Assembly (NCBI RefSeq): GCF_001194135.2
Contig: NC_068988.1
Span: 94,074,991 to 94,138,990 of the forward strand
Length of the DNA: 64,000 nt
Source: Octopus bimaculoides
Taxonomy: Eukaryota
Direction of reading: 5' to 3'
Numbering within the stretch: the stretch's first letter is position 1; every line of letters starts with the position of its first letter. Below are positions 1 to 12,119 of this stretch, piece after piece. The notes beneath the pieces are model-generated. The model had not been told where the DNA came from and made no database searches. It saw nothing but the letters and a program-made list of their open reading frames with translations. The position numbers and the translations under genes are program-made.

Positions 1-79
1 GATCGGGACCGAATACCACAAGGCATTATGTCCGACCTTTTCTCACAGTCCTGCCAGTTAAAGGCTCGGAATTGGCCCT

Positions 80-200
80 CTTTTATCGACCCCGCAAAGA
101 TTAAAGGCAAAGCTAACCCCAGTGGTATTTGAACTCTGAGCGTAGGGAGTTGAAAGAATTACCACAAGGCGTTCTAATCCGACGTTCTACTCACTCTACT
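80..200 (-). mobile_element. Degenerate S1 SINE fragment
   Basis: TTTATCGACCCCGCAAAGATTAAAGGCAAAG...TTTGAACTCTGAG matches the reverse complement of the S1 body seen in younger copies of this window. Confidence 0.6.
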
Positions 201-207
201 AATTAAC

Positions 208-211
208 TACG

Positions 212-255
<44 letters not shown>

Positions 256-435
256 CACGCACACACACACACATCCATGAATACACAAGCCTACTTCACA
301 CACGCACACACACGTGCTACCATACATACATACATACAGAAGCCTACTTAACACAGACATACACACATACATGCATACACAAGACTACATCACATTCACA
401 CACACACACACACACACAGACACACAACGTACACA
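208..435. repeat. Compound (CA)n/(CATA)n microsatellite
   Basis: Direct reading of the sequence. Confidence 0.95.
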
Positions 436-1489
436 CTTATGCAGCAATCATATAAATCCGCACACAAATGCGAGCACGCGCGCCCACACATAGGGAAAAC
501 CAAAGGCTTTTGTTGTCGGTTGAACCAGGGTTATTTCTATGATAGGGGCTGGATATAAGGTGAAACATTGGTTCTTCAAAAAAGGCGAGCAAACAAGTTT
601 TCGCTTGGCAATCTTTTCGTGTAAACACCTTCAATCCGATTAAGCTGTATTTAGCAGCGGGCGCTTGGCGTTTGGCATTGCAAGTTGTCCTTTGGCTGTT
701 GTTTGTGGCTGCCGTCTTGTTTCTCTCGCCTCATTAAACATACAATAGCAATCCGTTTGATGTCCGCCATAGGAAGACAATCTCCAGAACCCGGATCAGA
801 AGCGTCTCAAAAACATTAAATACATCGATCTTTTCCTCTACTTTTTTTTTATTAATATATATTTCTTTATTTGTCAGTTTTTGCTGTTTTTGATTCTTTG
901 TTCGTTTTCTTATTTTTTACTCTCTCCTTCCTTGCGCGTGTATATATGTGTGTGTGTGTGTGTGCGTGGGTACTTGTGTGGGTGGATGTGTATGTGTGTC
1001 TGTATGTATATTACGCTCCGTTATGACTGTGTATACGTGTCCGTTCGTAGATTCTCTTTTTATATATTTATTTTGCTTGGATCAATGTTTTAATTTTATC
1101 CGACATCTTGCTTTCTTCTCCTTATTTCTTCTCAATCTTCTCGCATTCAACTTTCCTTCTCCTTTTAATCATTCATTCGGCCATTCATTCAATAATTATC
1201 TCCCCTTATCTTTATCCTTATCATAAAATCTTTTTATTCTTTTTTCACACTATTTTTTTCTTTTGTCTTCTTTCGTTATTATTTCTTTTTATGTTACGGT
1301 TGTTGTTGTTGTTGCTGCTTTTATTGTAGCTTCCCCTTCTCTCTTTATCTCCCTGCTTTGTCTTTCCCTGTCTTTGCTTCTCCCCTCCGAACAGTTTCGA
1401 GTTTTTTGTTATCCTTTTTTTCTTTATTCATTTATTCTTTCCGACATTTCTAAAAAGGTGTTCGGCCACATCCTTTATTCTGGCTGTTG

Positions 1490-1492
<3 letters not shown>

Positions 1493-1562
<70 letters not shown>
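1493..1562. repeat. (CT)n microsatellite running into an N gap (1563-2001)
   Basis: Direct reading. Confidence 0.95.
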
Positions 1563-2140
1563 NNNNNNNNNNNNNNNNNNNNNNNNNNNNNNNNNNNNNN
1601 NNNNNNNNNNNNNNNNNNNNNNNNNNNNNNNNNNNNNNNNNNNNNNNNNNNNNNNNNNNNNNNNNNNNNNNNNNNNNNNNNNNNNNNNNNNNNNNNNNNN
1701 NNNNNNNNNNNNNNNNNNNNNNNNNNNNNNNNNNNNNNNNNNNNNNNNNNNNNNNNNNNNNNNNNNNNNNNNNNNNNNNNNNNNNNNNNNNNNNNNNNNN
1801 NNNNNNNNNNNNNNNNNNNNNNNNNNNNNNNNNNNNNNNNNNNNNNNNNNNNNNNNNNNNNNNNNNNNNNNNNNNNNNNNNNNNNNNNNNNNNNNNNNNN
1901 NNNNNNNNNNNNNNNNNNNNNNNNNNNNNNNNNNNNNNNNNNNNNNNNNNNNNNNNNNNNNNNNNNNNNNNNNNNNNNNNNNNNNNNNNNNNNNNNNNNN
2001 NCAGTAATTGAAGTAGATAGTGAATGTGCTCCGGAATAATCATTTAAAGATGTTTTTGTTACATGTTGTTATTGTTTTTGTTGAATAAAATTTGTTGAAA
2101 AAAAAAAAAACCGCAATAATTATGCACCAACCAAATATAT

Positions 2141-2359
2141 TTTTCTTTATTGCCCACAGGGAGCTAAAACACAGAGGGGACAAACAAAGGGGATTAAGTC
2201 GATTACATCGACCGCAGTGCGTAACTAGTGCTTATTTAATCGACCCCGAAAGAATAAAAGGCAAAGTCGACCTCGGTGGAATTTGAACTCAGAACGTAAC
2301 GGCAGACGAAATACAGCTGACCATTTTGCACGGCGTGCTAACGTTTCTGCCAGATCGCC
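2141..2359 (-). mobile_element. S1 tRNA-derived SINE, full length, tail type A
   Basis: The minus strand reads GGCGATCTGGCAGAAACGTTAGCAC (A-box-like), then GAGTTCAAATTCC (B-box), a CORE-like central segment GTCGACTTTGCCTTTTATTCTTTCGGGGTCGAT, and a tail ending GTGGGCAATAAAGAAA. More than 15 related copies occur in the window. Confidence 0.9.
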
Positions 2360-2480
2360 AACCCAACATATGCATGCACTATATAACCTATATGTATATG
2401 CATATATGTACACATGTACGCACATACGAACTCGTGTAAATATATATAGATACTATATATTATGTATTATATATATGCGC

Positions 2481-2616
2481 CGTACTTAATTTATCGACCC
2501 CGAAAGGATGAAAGGCAAAGTCAACCCTGGTGGAATTTGAACTCAGAACGTAACGGCAGACGAAATACCGCTAAGCATTTCGCCCGGCGTGCTAACCACT
2601 CTGCCAGCTCGCCGCC
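2481..2616 (-). mobile_element. S1 SINE, head and body without tail
   Basis: Same head, B-box and body as 2141-2359. Confidence 0.9.
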
Positions 2617-3379
2617 TTTCAATTCAATCAAAGTTTCTCCATAGCACCTTTCCATCGTAATCCACATTACAACCCAATTACCATTCCACTCAAACTCACA
2701 CACCTATAGAGGATTTTAGCCCAACGAAGACTATATAAAGCCATGATTAAATCGAATGCATCGTAGTCCAAAGCTTCAAAGTCACAATCAATTATATTCT
2801 TGTTTAAGAATAATAAATTTGTTCTTTATAAAAGTATAGAGTAATTCTTCAGGTTACAACTAGTATACAACTAGTATACAACTAGTATACAAGTTTCGTG
2901 GTTCCATCCGGCCTGTGATATGTTTTATGGCATAATCTCTGGTCCACCTACTTCTTGTGACTGAAATCCTGTCGACGGTAAGTGTGTGGAAATTTTCCGA
3001 ATGGGTTGTGCCAACAGCACAAGGACCCAGCCTTATCACATTGCTCCCTGTGGGAACGATATTAAGTTCACGACATGTAACTGTCGAATCTTTAGATAAT
3101 CATACGTTAATTAATGATGCTGGGTGTTGAGTTGGTTGAAGAACTGGAAAATCATGGTTGGAACGACTAATTTATTTTTACACCAGAATCCATAGATACA
3201 AACGCGAGCGCAGATCCAGTCTAAGTTTAGACTGTACAAGTTCAGTTCATCTAAGTAGGATATTGAATCACTTAGAGTGCACAATGATTCAACATGTAGT
3301 CACTGCTATGACTTTATGTCTAACCGAATTAAACAAACAAGAATAATGAACCTGAAATACATAACATAAAGAAAATAAA

Positions 3380-3417
3380 CTAAGAGAGAGATAGAGAGAG
3401 GAAGAGAGATAGAGAGA

Positions 3418-3487
<70 letters not shown>
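3380..3487. repeat. (GA)n microsatellite
   Basis: Direct reading. Confidence 0.95.
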
Positions 3488-3490
<3 letters not shown>

Positions 3491-4069
3491 AGTAAATGAA
3501 GAGGGGATGTATAGAAATGTGTACGTAGAATTTTGTTTGTATGTTGAAGCTTGATTTTATGGAGTAAAAGAAGGGATAGGGCGGTAAGAAAGAGAAGAAT
3601 TTATTCCTTAGATCAACCATTATTATTTCATCTTTCATGTAAACATTAGTTTCGTCTAGAAATTAATCAGATTATAATATTTATTTAAGTATTTCTAATC
3701 CTGTTTAGAGTAGAGTCTCACGCTAATATATTAGCTGTTATGCTAATATCTAGTGAAAAATCAACGATGATTGTGGCAGTTTAATTAATGTTCTGCATTA
3801 TCAAGTTAATTAGAACCAATTCATCAATAATTTACACAAAGACAAATGTGACAGATTACGTTATGAAATATAAAGAAAATATAAAAACGACAATCCAAAC
3901 AGAATAAAAACAACGTACAGCATTAATGAAACGAGCAGCATTCTGAAATATTATTCTACATGCTAACTGTTCAGCTGCTACTGTCTCAGTTACAACAACT
4001 TAGCATAGACTCGTATTGGTTTCCTTTTAGATTTTAAAAAACATTTTCAGTCGCCTTCTTCATGCTGAT

Positions 4070-4240
4070 GGATTGGCAGAACCGTTAGAGCGTAGGACAA
4101 AATGCCTTCCGGTATTTCTTTCGGCTGTTGACATTCTAAGTTCAAATCCCGACAAGCTGATCTTTGTGTTTCACCTTTCAAGGGTCAATAAAATACAAAA
4201 TCAGTCAAGTATTGGAATTCGATACAACCGACGTCGTTCC
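4070..4240 (+). mobile_element. Old, diverged S1 SINE
   Basis: TTGGCAGAACCGTTAG...AAGTTCAAATCCC...TTTCACCTTTCAAGGGTCAATAAAAT aligns by eye to S1. A second diverged copy follows at about 4290-4490. Confidence 0.65.
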
Positions 4241-4945
4241 TTATCGAATTTCTATCCTATCTAAGAGATGATTGTTCTTTATTTTCGATAGGGTTGGGCG
4301 TAACAATATCGGTAATGCTTTCGAGCCAAAAGCGTTTTCGTATTTCAATACATTCTGAGTTCAAATCCTGCTGGACTTGACTTTGCTTTACATTTCATCC
4401 GAGGTTGATAAACTATAACCAGTTAGGTTCGGAGATGGGAATCGCCAATATGGTCGGATTTTCCTTCTCCACAAACTTGTATCCTTCTTATCTAAGTTAT
4501 ACATTATTATTTAACCCACGTAGGATAGAGAATGGGAGAAGCGGATGTGATCTGAAAGAAAATCTCTTGCAGTAGTGATATCGGTCAGATTATGCCCCAA
4601 ATTCCAATCTCAACGGGAACGTTCTTATTCTGCTTAACTTTAAATAAGGCTATGAATTTATGGAGTAGGAACAATCTGTTATATCGAAAAGCTTCATCTC
4701 AGAACATAATTGCTACTATTTGTCGACCACGGACTGGATGTAAAGTAAATTCGACCTCAGCAAGATTTGAAATGCACAACTTTTCAACTGTCAATGTAAG
4801 CTACTCTTCCCTAACAAACGTCCCTATAAGATGCAGTGGACTCATAGGTGAGTGAATGAGTAACACTGTAACCCTTCATTGGAGCTAACCAAACACAAAG
4901 TGCATTGCATGTTTGAAGCTCTGATGGAGCTATAAGGTGATATTC

Positions 4946-4958
4946 AGCCCGTCGTACA

Positions 4959-4989
<31 letters not shown>

Positions 4990-5200
4990 GTATATGTTTG
5001 TGTGTCTGTGTTTGTCCCCCTAACATCGCTTGACAGCTGATGCTGGTGTGTTTACGTCCCCGTAACTTAGTGGTTCGGCAAAAGAGATCGATAGAATAAG
5101 TACTAGACTTACAACGAATAAGCTCTGGGGTCAATTTGCTCGACTAAAGGCGGTGCTCCAGCATGGCCGCAGTCGAATGACTGAAACAAATAAAAGAATA
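4946..5200 (+). mobile_element. S2 SINE, 3' half with internal (AT)n
   Basis: AGCCCGTCG-(AT)n-TGTTTGTCCCCC...GGCGGTGCTCCAGCATGGCCGCAGTCGAATGACTGAAACAAATAAAAGAATA matches the full copies at 55338-55725 and 60357-60770. Confidence 0.9.
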
Positions 5201-7216
5201 TGTGACTATTTCAAACATAAAACGAGCAAGTACAATCCTTTACAACGGTCCCAATTCAAAAACCTATGCAAAAGGGTCTCAGTTAATTGAACAGTCATAA
5301 ATACATAAACGTTGTTTATTTTATTCTCTTTCGAAAAAGTAACTATAAAGTGGATATCGTCGGGCTTTAGACGAAGTCGGAATATAGTCGAAAGAAAACC
5401 TAGAATGAAAGGAAAAGATCGTAACTTTAATGTTAGGTGCCCGTATGTGACTGTTCGACCTGCTAAAATGGTAACTAAGTTTCACTCAAAATCATACACC
5501 ACATGTTTCAAATATAAAACATTTTGGCTGATGTACAGACGCACAATATCTGGAATAAAAAAATAAACTGTGATGATCACGGTTGGAACTTGACTTAAGG
5601 CAAAACAACAACAGCAAATAAATACATGATGATTTTGAGGTTTGGGTTCTGTTCTCGGTTGATTCAATTTTGCTCCATTTTGGACAGCAATAATTTTTAG
5701 ATAGGAGTCGAAGAGCCTGTAGTTCAGTTTTGATTTTTGTTCAGAGCCATTATAATCTCCATAGAAAATGCCCTTGAGAAGATAAATAATGAATGTCAAG
5801 CAATTTCAACCACATCTTGTAAATATGATGTGTCTAGTATGAAAGGAATTAATATATAGAGAAAGAAACAAAATTTGAAAGAAAGCCAAAACAGGTTAAA
5901 TAAATACATAAATGCATAAAACAATGCCACTATAAAAATGATTTTCTCTGATGTCGAGATTTAGATGACTATTTTAACAAACATTTGTTCCTTTTTACAA
6001 CAGTGCATTCCTTTCATTTCTTTCACAACTTTTCAAGATATTGCCAAATCAGTGATGCCAATGCAAGCCTCAATGATGCATGTAATATTAGAATGTGGTA
6101 AACGTTTACACGTGTTTTCAAGTGTACCATAAACAATATTTTGTGTTTATTCGCCGTCAAAACCTATTCGACTATTCAACTAGGAAAGAATTCCGGATCA
6201 ATAAGTTAATAATGAAAGTAAAAATAAGTAAAGAAATATATAAATAGATAAAAAAGATAAAAAGTTTAAATAAATAATGTTTCTCTTGTTTTTGACCGAT
6301 GCAATATCTGCAGATTGCTTGAGAACCTTTCATGGAACACTAAATCAGATACGCCTATTGGCTAACATAAAGCAGAGAAACGGAGTCGAAAAGCAAGAAA
6401 AATGGACGTAAGCAGACATATTGTGTGATATATATGCGTAGGCACGTCAGAACATGCTGAACCATATCCCCAATGGCTTGTTCAGCAAGGCTGCTGATCT
6501 ATTTATTCCATAGCGCCTCATACTATTCCTCATTTCTTAAACAAACGCCCAACTATAGCAAGGCTTACACCACTTCGATTATATAGAAACGTGGATAAAG
6601 GAGAACTGTTATGATTGAATGAAGGCATAACTCATATTTCATACATTTATTTTAAAATCTGTAAAACCATTATTTTGTGTAGTTACTCTGTAAACATACA
6701 AACCAATTTTTCCCCCCACTAATGAAATGTTTATTATTATTTCTAGCGTTTTTTTTTTTCCTTCTGAAAGCGAACATAGAGAACCATAGTCCAGATTATG
6801 AGATTGCTAGTCACACACAAACATAGCAAGCAGACGATAATGTCGTAAGTTTGAAATAAAACTTTCAGCTATGTTAGATATATAGTTGATTTAAATTATC
6901 TGTTTAATTTATGCGTTTGAACAATATATTAAGTTTGAATTATTAAATTGGGTTTTGACTTAGTACAGAATTTAACCAGGCGAGTGTTGGCCGAGATAAC
7001 GATGAAAATGGGTTCAGAGAGGTTTTGTCTCTCAACCAGCGAAATGGTATAAGCGTGGAGTTGTGCTTCTGGCACAACGATGGCAATAGACAATAGGATA
7101 TTTCTGTCATTTACGACTTTACATAAATACACATATATGTACGTACGTATGTCTGTATCTAGGTCTGTATGTATGTCTGTTTGCATATATATATGGATGT
7201 AGGTAATATGTAAGCA

Positions 7217-7521
7217 GTGAAGGCTTAGAGGTTAGGGTAATCCGTTCGCAATCGTAAGGTCATGAGTTCGATTCACGCCGGCGTGTTGTGTCCTTGAGCA
7301 AGACACTTTATTTCACGTTGTTTCAGTCCACTCAGCTGTCAATTCAACTGTAATTGAAATGACCGCCCTTGTCATATTCTGTGTCACGCTGAATCTCTTA
7401 ATTATGCTATGGGTAGCCGTGTCTGTGGGGTGCTCAGCCACTTGCATGTTAATTTCATGAACAGTCTGTTCCGTTGATCGGATCAACTCGAACACTCATC
7501 GTCGTAACCGACGGGGTGCCA
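7217..7521 (+). mobile_element. S3 tRNA-headed SINE, tail type 1
   Basis: tRNA-like head with B-box GAGTTCGATTC, central GTGTCCTTGAGCAAGACACTTTATTTCAC, and tail ending GATCAACTCGAACACTCATCGTCGTAACCGACGGGGTGCCA. Matches 24829-25132. Confidence 0.88.
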
Positions 7522-8123
7522 ATTAGTATGTAAGTTTGCATACATGCATGTATATGCGTATAAACAAACGGGAAGAAATGTTCTTAAATTATTTCATAGA
7601 AAGAAAATATGGATTATTTCCAAAACACACATTCACACACATGCACACACTTTTTATAAAATATTTTTAAAGGTTTGTCATTATCTCAAGCTGAGCCCTA
7701 AAAAGATAATAAAATGCATATAAATATTGAATTTCTCGGGTATAGTTCAAATGCTGGTATAGCCACCAGGTTGTGTGTCCCAGGTGTTGAGGCAGTCAGC
7801 GGATAGATTTCTGCCAAAGGATAGTAGTTTAATGAATGTAGGGGTGAGGTAGGTGGATGTTGTGTAAAGGAAGTGGCAGGAGCAACGGACGGTGGAGAGG
7901 AAGGGAGTTGAGATGTACATGGAGGGGCTCAACTGCACTCGGTTATTATTTTATTCGGTTTATAGCAATAACAAAGAAATTCTGAATCCTTTTGAACGTA
8001 GTTATATATTTGGGTGTTGTGGAGTATAAACATTCGTATGAGTTGTCTGACTTCATTACTACACGTATAACAGAATCAAAACATGCGTGTGATCATATGG
8101 TTTTGGTAATTTTGAATCCAGCA

Positions 8124-8343
8124 AGGTGGCGAGCTGGCAGAAACGGTAGCACGCAGGGCGAAATGCTTCGCGGTATTTCGTCTGTCTTTACGTTCTGAGT
8201 TCAAATTCTGCCGAGGTCGACTTTGCCTTTTATCTTTTCGGGGTCGATGAATTAAGAACCAGTTGCGTAATGGGGTCAATCTAATTGACTGACCCCCTCC
8301 CCACAAAATTTTGGGCCTTGTGCCTAGAGTAGAAAAGAATATT
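8124..8343 (+). mobile_element. S1 SINE, full length, tail type B
   Basis: S1 head and body followed by the tail CCCACAAAATTTTGGGCCTTGTGCCTAGAGTAGAAAAGAATATT. Confidence 0.92.
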
Positions 8344-8349
8344 GAGAGG

Positions 8350-9180
8350 AAATGAATGTTATCACATCAAAGCGATCAGTCATGACTTATTTGTTTGCAT
8401 GTCTTGTAATAATGCTGAGCTAAATCAAGATAGATAATACATACACAATTTGTGATCAGTAGAAGTGTTGGAAATCTTCAAGTGTGGGTCTAATTTAATT
8501 AATTAGCATGGTGAATTATTAATCCATTGCTTACATTTAATATAACCTTCCAAAACTTTTCACATAAAAACTCCACATATCCAAGTTATTTTGATACAAC
8601 CAATATTAACGGTGGTGTTCTAATTCATTGATTCTGTCACTTCCCACTTGAATTCTTTCTCGTGTAACCAACCATTCTTAACTAACGTATCTAATTTAAT
8701 ATTTAACTATTGTAACAAGTCTAATTTCAATTTAATTGTAGATGACCCAATTAGGTGTGCACTAATTAATAATAGTGCACACTCTACACCCCCCTCCGTT
8801 CTTTATTTATTTTAGTTCCTTTCGATTCTCACCGCTATATAAATTTTTCATGATACTACGATTCCCCCTTTATCAGCAATTCTGAAATTGGAGTATAAAC
8901 TGCCATCTCTTTGAAATTCTGGTTTATCTCCTAAAATTCTTTCTCTCTATCACTATACATACATACAATACACTCGACAACCGCCAGAGGCACTGGCAGC
9001 TTTATATTAGATTAAATAATGTAATCTGTTGTGTTCCTTCATTATCCATCAACTGAAATATCTCATAAATAGAGTGGTTACTTTATAATTCTGGTATTCT
9101 GCAGCGTAACATCTTTCAATATATTTGTTTGAATTTCTCAAAATATACAACTGTAATTTTAAGTAGTTTCAAGACATGGC
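8350..9180 (-). pseudogene. Highly decayed Penelope-like retroelement RT, N-terminal half (tentative)
   Basis: The minus strand encodes RIADKGGIVV (ADKGG codons at 8877-8863), resembling the ADKG-x-x-VV motif of PLE RTs. Further downstream is KLDTLVKNGWLHEKEF and a possible FDV near 8360. There are many stops and frameshifts. Confidence 0.4.
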
Positions 9181-9750
9181 TAGCAGCAACGTCGTTAATT
9201 ATTGGTCAGGACGCTTGTTAGGTCTCCCATGAATGCTACTTGTAATATTGAATCACGTAAAACTTGTTGCATGGTCGGGTCATCGGTTACTAAGCCGAGA
9301 CCCCTACTAGGCTCGCCAGATGAAGATGGTTGCTAGAAAAGAAGCAGGACGTAAAAGAAAGCGTATCTCAAGAACCTTCTTCAAACTAAATCTACGTTTG
9401 CTTTGATAATCGGTGGTTACTTGGTCAGCGAGTCCTCTGCGACGGTCGACAGCAAAGTGAATTGCTACAGTGCGTCCTATCTCAAAATGTGTATGCATGT
9501 AACCGGAGATCACATGTGAACTTATTTCTATTGAAGCTCTGAACATGAACTCTATATCTCAATAACGAATGACGACCACAGCTGGGGCTTTCATGTTATC
9601 CGACGCGATTGCTCTCTTAGGGTGGCATTTCTCAAATGTGCAAGCTGGTCAGTATTCGTGAGAGCCGTGGTGAATCCACCCCGGGTGAATGGCGCCGCAA
9701 CTACAGCTAAGTACAACGTCGTTAATTTAATAATATTTGTATGGAGTTAA

Positions 9751-9964
9751 GGCAACGAGCTGGCAGAATCGTTAGCACGCCAAGCGAAATGCTTAGCGGT
9801 ATTTCGTCTGTCTTTACGTTCTGAGTTCAAATTCCGCCGTGGTTGACTTTGCCTTTCATCTTTCCGGGGTTGGTAAATTATGTACCAGTTGCGTACTAGG
9901 ATCGATCTAATCGACTGGCTTCTCCCCCAAAATTTCAGGCCTTGTGCCTAGAGTAGAAAAGAAT
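9751..9964 (+). mobile_element. S1 SINE tail B, flanked by a 19-bp direct repeat; a second S1 head follows at 9981-10075
   Basis: AATATTTGTATGGAGTTAA at 9732-9750 and 9962-9980. Confidence 0.92.
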
Positions 9965-10492
9965 ATTTGTATGGAGTTAAAGCGGCAGGCTGGCAGAAAC
10001 GTTAGCACGCCAGGCGAAAAGCTTAGCGGTGTTTTGTCTGTCTTTTTTGGCTACAACGGTATTTCGTCCAATTTTTGCTACAGCGTTTCGTATCGAGACG
10101 TCAAATTTAATCAGACAATGTGAGCGAGGAAAAAATGAATAATGAGAGTATATGCCATATTTCAGGTGTTGCTTCTTTTTCAGCACTCATCTAACCTACT
10201 ATTGCCTCCGAACACATTGCTTATACAGCCACCGCATATAGCGGTGTTAAATTAATTGGATATACCAATTTACATATTAGACGCATTCGTGGAGCTGCTA
10301 TGTAAACAATAAAGATTTGTAGGTACGTGGTACTTCGTTATGCAAACACAATATGCTATTGAAACGATCGTAACATCTAATAAAGTTATGCAATATCATT
10401 CTCGTCATTCCCCAGTAAGTTTACTATATATGCATATATATATTTATGCACGCGCGCGAATGTGTTTGTGAGGGGGAATATGTGTATGCATG

Positions 10493-10532
<40 letters not shown>

Positions 10533-10680
10533 ATTATATGTGTGTATGTATATCTATATATATATATATATATATGTATTTATATACAAATGCATACATA
10601 ACTGCATGTAAGCATATGCATAGACATACATATATATCTGTATAAAAGTGTACGCATGAGAACATAGCAATTTGTATGTT

Positions 10681-10719
<39 letters not shown>

Positions 10720-11021
10720 ACTGATTTATGTGTTTGTATGATTATGGTAACTGGCAATGATGGAAAATGTCCACAATTACCAGTTCCATTTTACGATCTA
10801 ATCGACTTTGTTGTTGCAAGAGGTCGTAAGCGGCTTGTAATCCTAATGGTGTAGCAATGAAATACGTTCTATCACTAGTTGCTATCTTTGGCAGCTTAGC
10901 AGATATCATGTAACTCAAGTGATATCTCGACATTCGCCGAAGCAGACGACAGAAATTCACGAATGAAAATGGCTGCATAACATTTCACTGAAAACTAAAT
11001 AGCCCACATGATGTCTCCGTA

Positions 11022-11342
11022 AGAAAGAAGAAGAAGAAAAAGAAGAAGAAGAAGAAGAAGAAGAAGAAGAAGAAGAAGAAGAAGAAGAAAAAGAAGAAGA
11101 AGAAGAAGAAGAAAGGGGAGGAGGAGGAGGAGTAAGAGGTGATGGAGGAGGAGGATAAGACAAAGAGGAAGAAGAAGAAAAAGGGGAAGAAGAAGGGGAA
11201 GAAGGGAAAGAAGGGGAAGAAGGGGAAGAAGAAGAAAAAGTGGAAGAAGAAGGGGAAGAAGAAGAAGAAGAAGAAAAGGAGTAAAAGAAGAAAAAAGAAG
11301 AAGAAGAAGAAAAGGAGAAATGGAGGAAGAAGAAGAAGAAGG

Positions 11343-11373
<31 letters not shown>

Positions 11374-11413
11374 AAGGAGAAGAAGTGGAAGAAGAAGAGG
11401 AGGAGGAAAAGGA

Positions 11414-11445
<32 letters not shown>

Positions 11446-11470
11446 GGAAGCAGAGGAGCAAGAAGAAGAG
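11022..11470. repeat. (GAA)n/(GGA)n polypurine array
   Basis: Direct reading. Confidence 0.95.
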
Positions 11471-11586
11471 AGCGAGAGAGAGTGTTAAGAGAGAATAAAG
11501 ATTGTAATTGTAAATATGATATATCTATATCTAAACATATATTTATACTTCCGTACCTACATACATACTTATATACATACATGAGT

Positions 11587-11625
<39 letters not shown>

Positions 11626-12050
11626 GGGAGAATGAGAGAAAAAGAGAGAGAGAGAGAGAGAAACAGAAATAACCGGACGACACAAATGGATGTAATCCAA
11701 ACTCCGATTTATCTTTGATTCGTTTGTCACGTGATTACGCAATAGGGCTGGATGGGAGAAAAGCGAGGTGAGTGAAAGGAATATCCGATGATGTTGTGGG
11801 GATTCCATGGAACATAAGGAAGATCACGTTTAGAACAGCTTAGATTAATGCTTTTTGGAACCAGATACCGTCTAGATGGTATGTGTGAGTAAAGAACTGT
11901 AGCTAATAGATGCTACCAGAATATAACAGGGGGAAAACACTGACGCCATCAGGGAAATAGAGATGATGAAGAGAAGGGCAGTGGTGGAGGGTGGAGAAGG
12001 AGAAGGGGCAAAAGGGAGAAAGGGAGAAAAGGGAGCAGGGGGAGAGAGCC

Positions 12051-12081
<31 letters not shown>

Positions 12082-12119
12082 GGTGGTGGTGGTGATGGTG
12101 GTGGTGGTATTGGTGGTTG

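Noticed and set aside
2853-2977. Exon ending at the perfect donor GACG|GTAAGT
   Set aside because: From the nearest good acceptor all three frames hit stops within an 11-bp tandem triplication (TACAACTAGTA, 2855-2892); there is no other support.
7747-7938. ORF possibly representing a PLE C-terminus
   Set aside because: Only a vague resemblance (TQPGG); no GIY-YIG motif is visible.
8380-8940. Nuclear mitochondrial insertion (NUMT)
   Set aside because: AT-rich, but no mitochondrial protein, rRNA or tRNA motif was recognised; a decayed PLE fits better.
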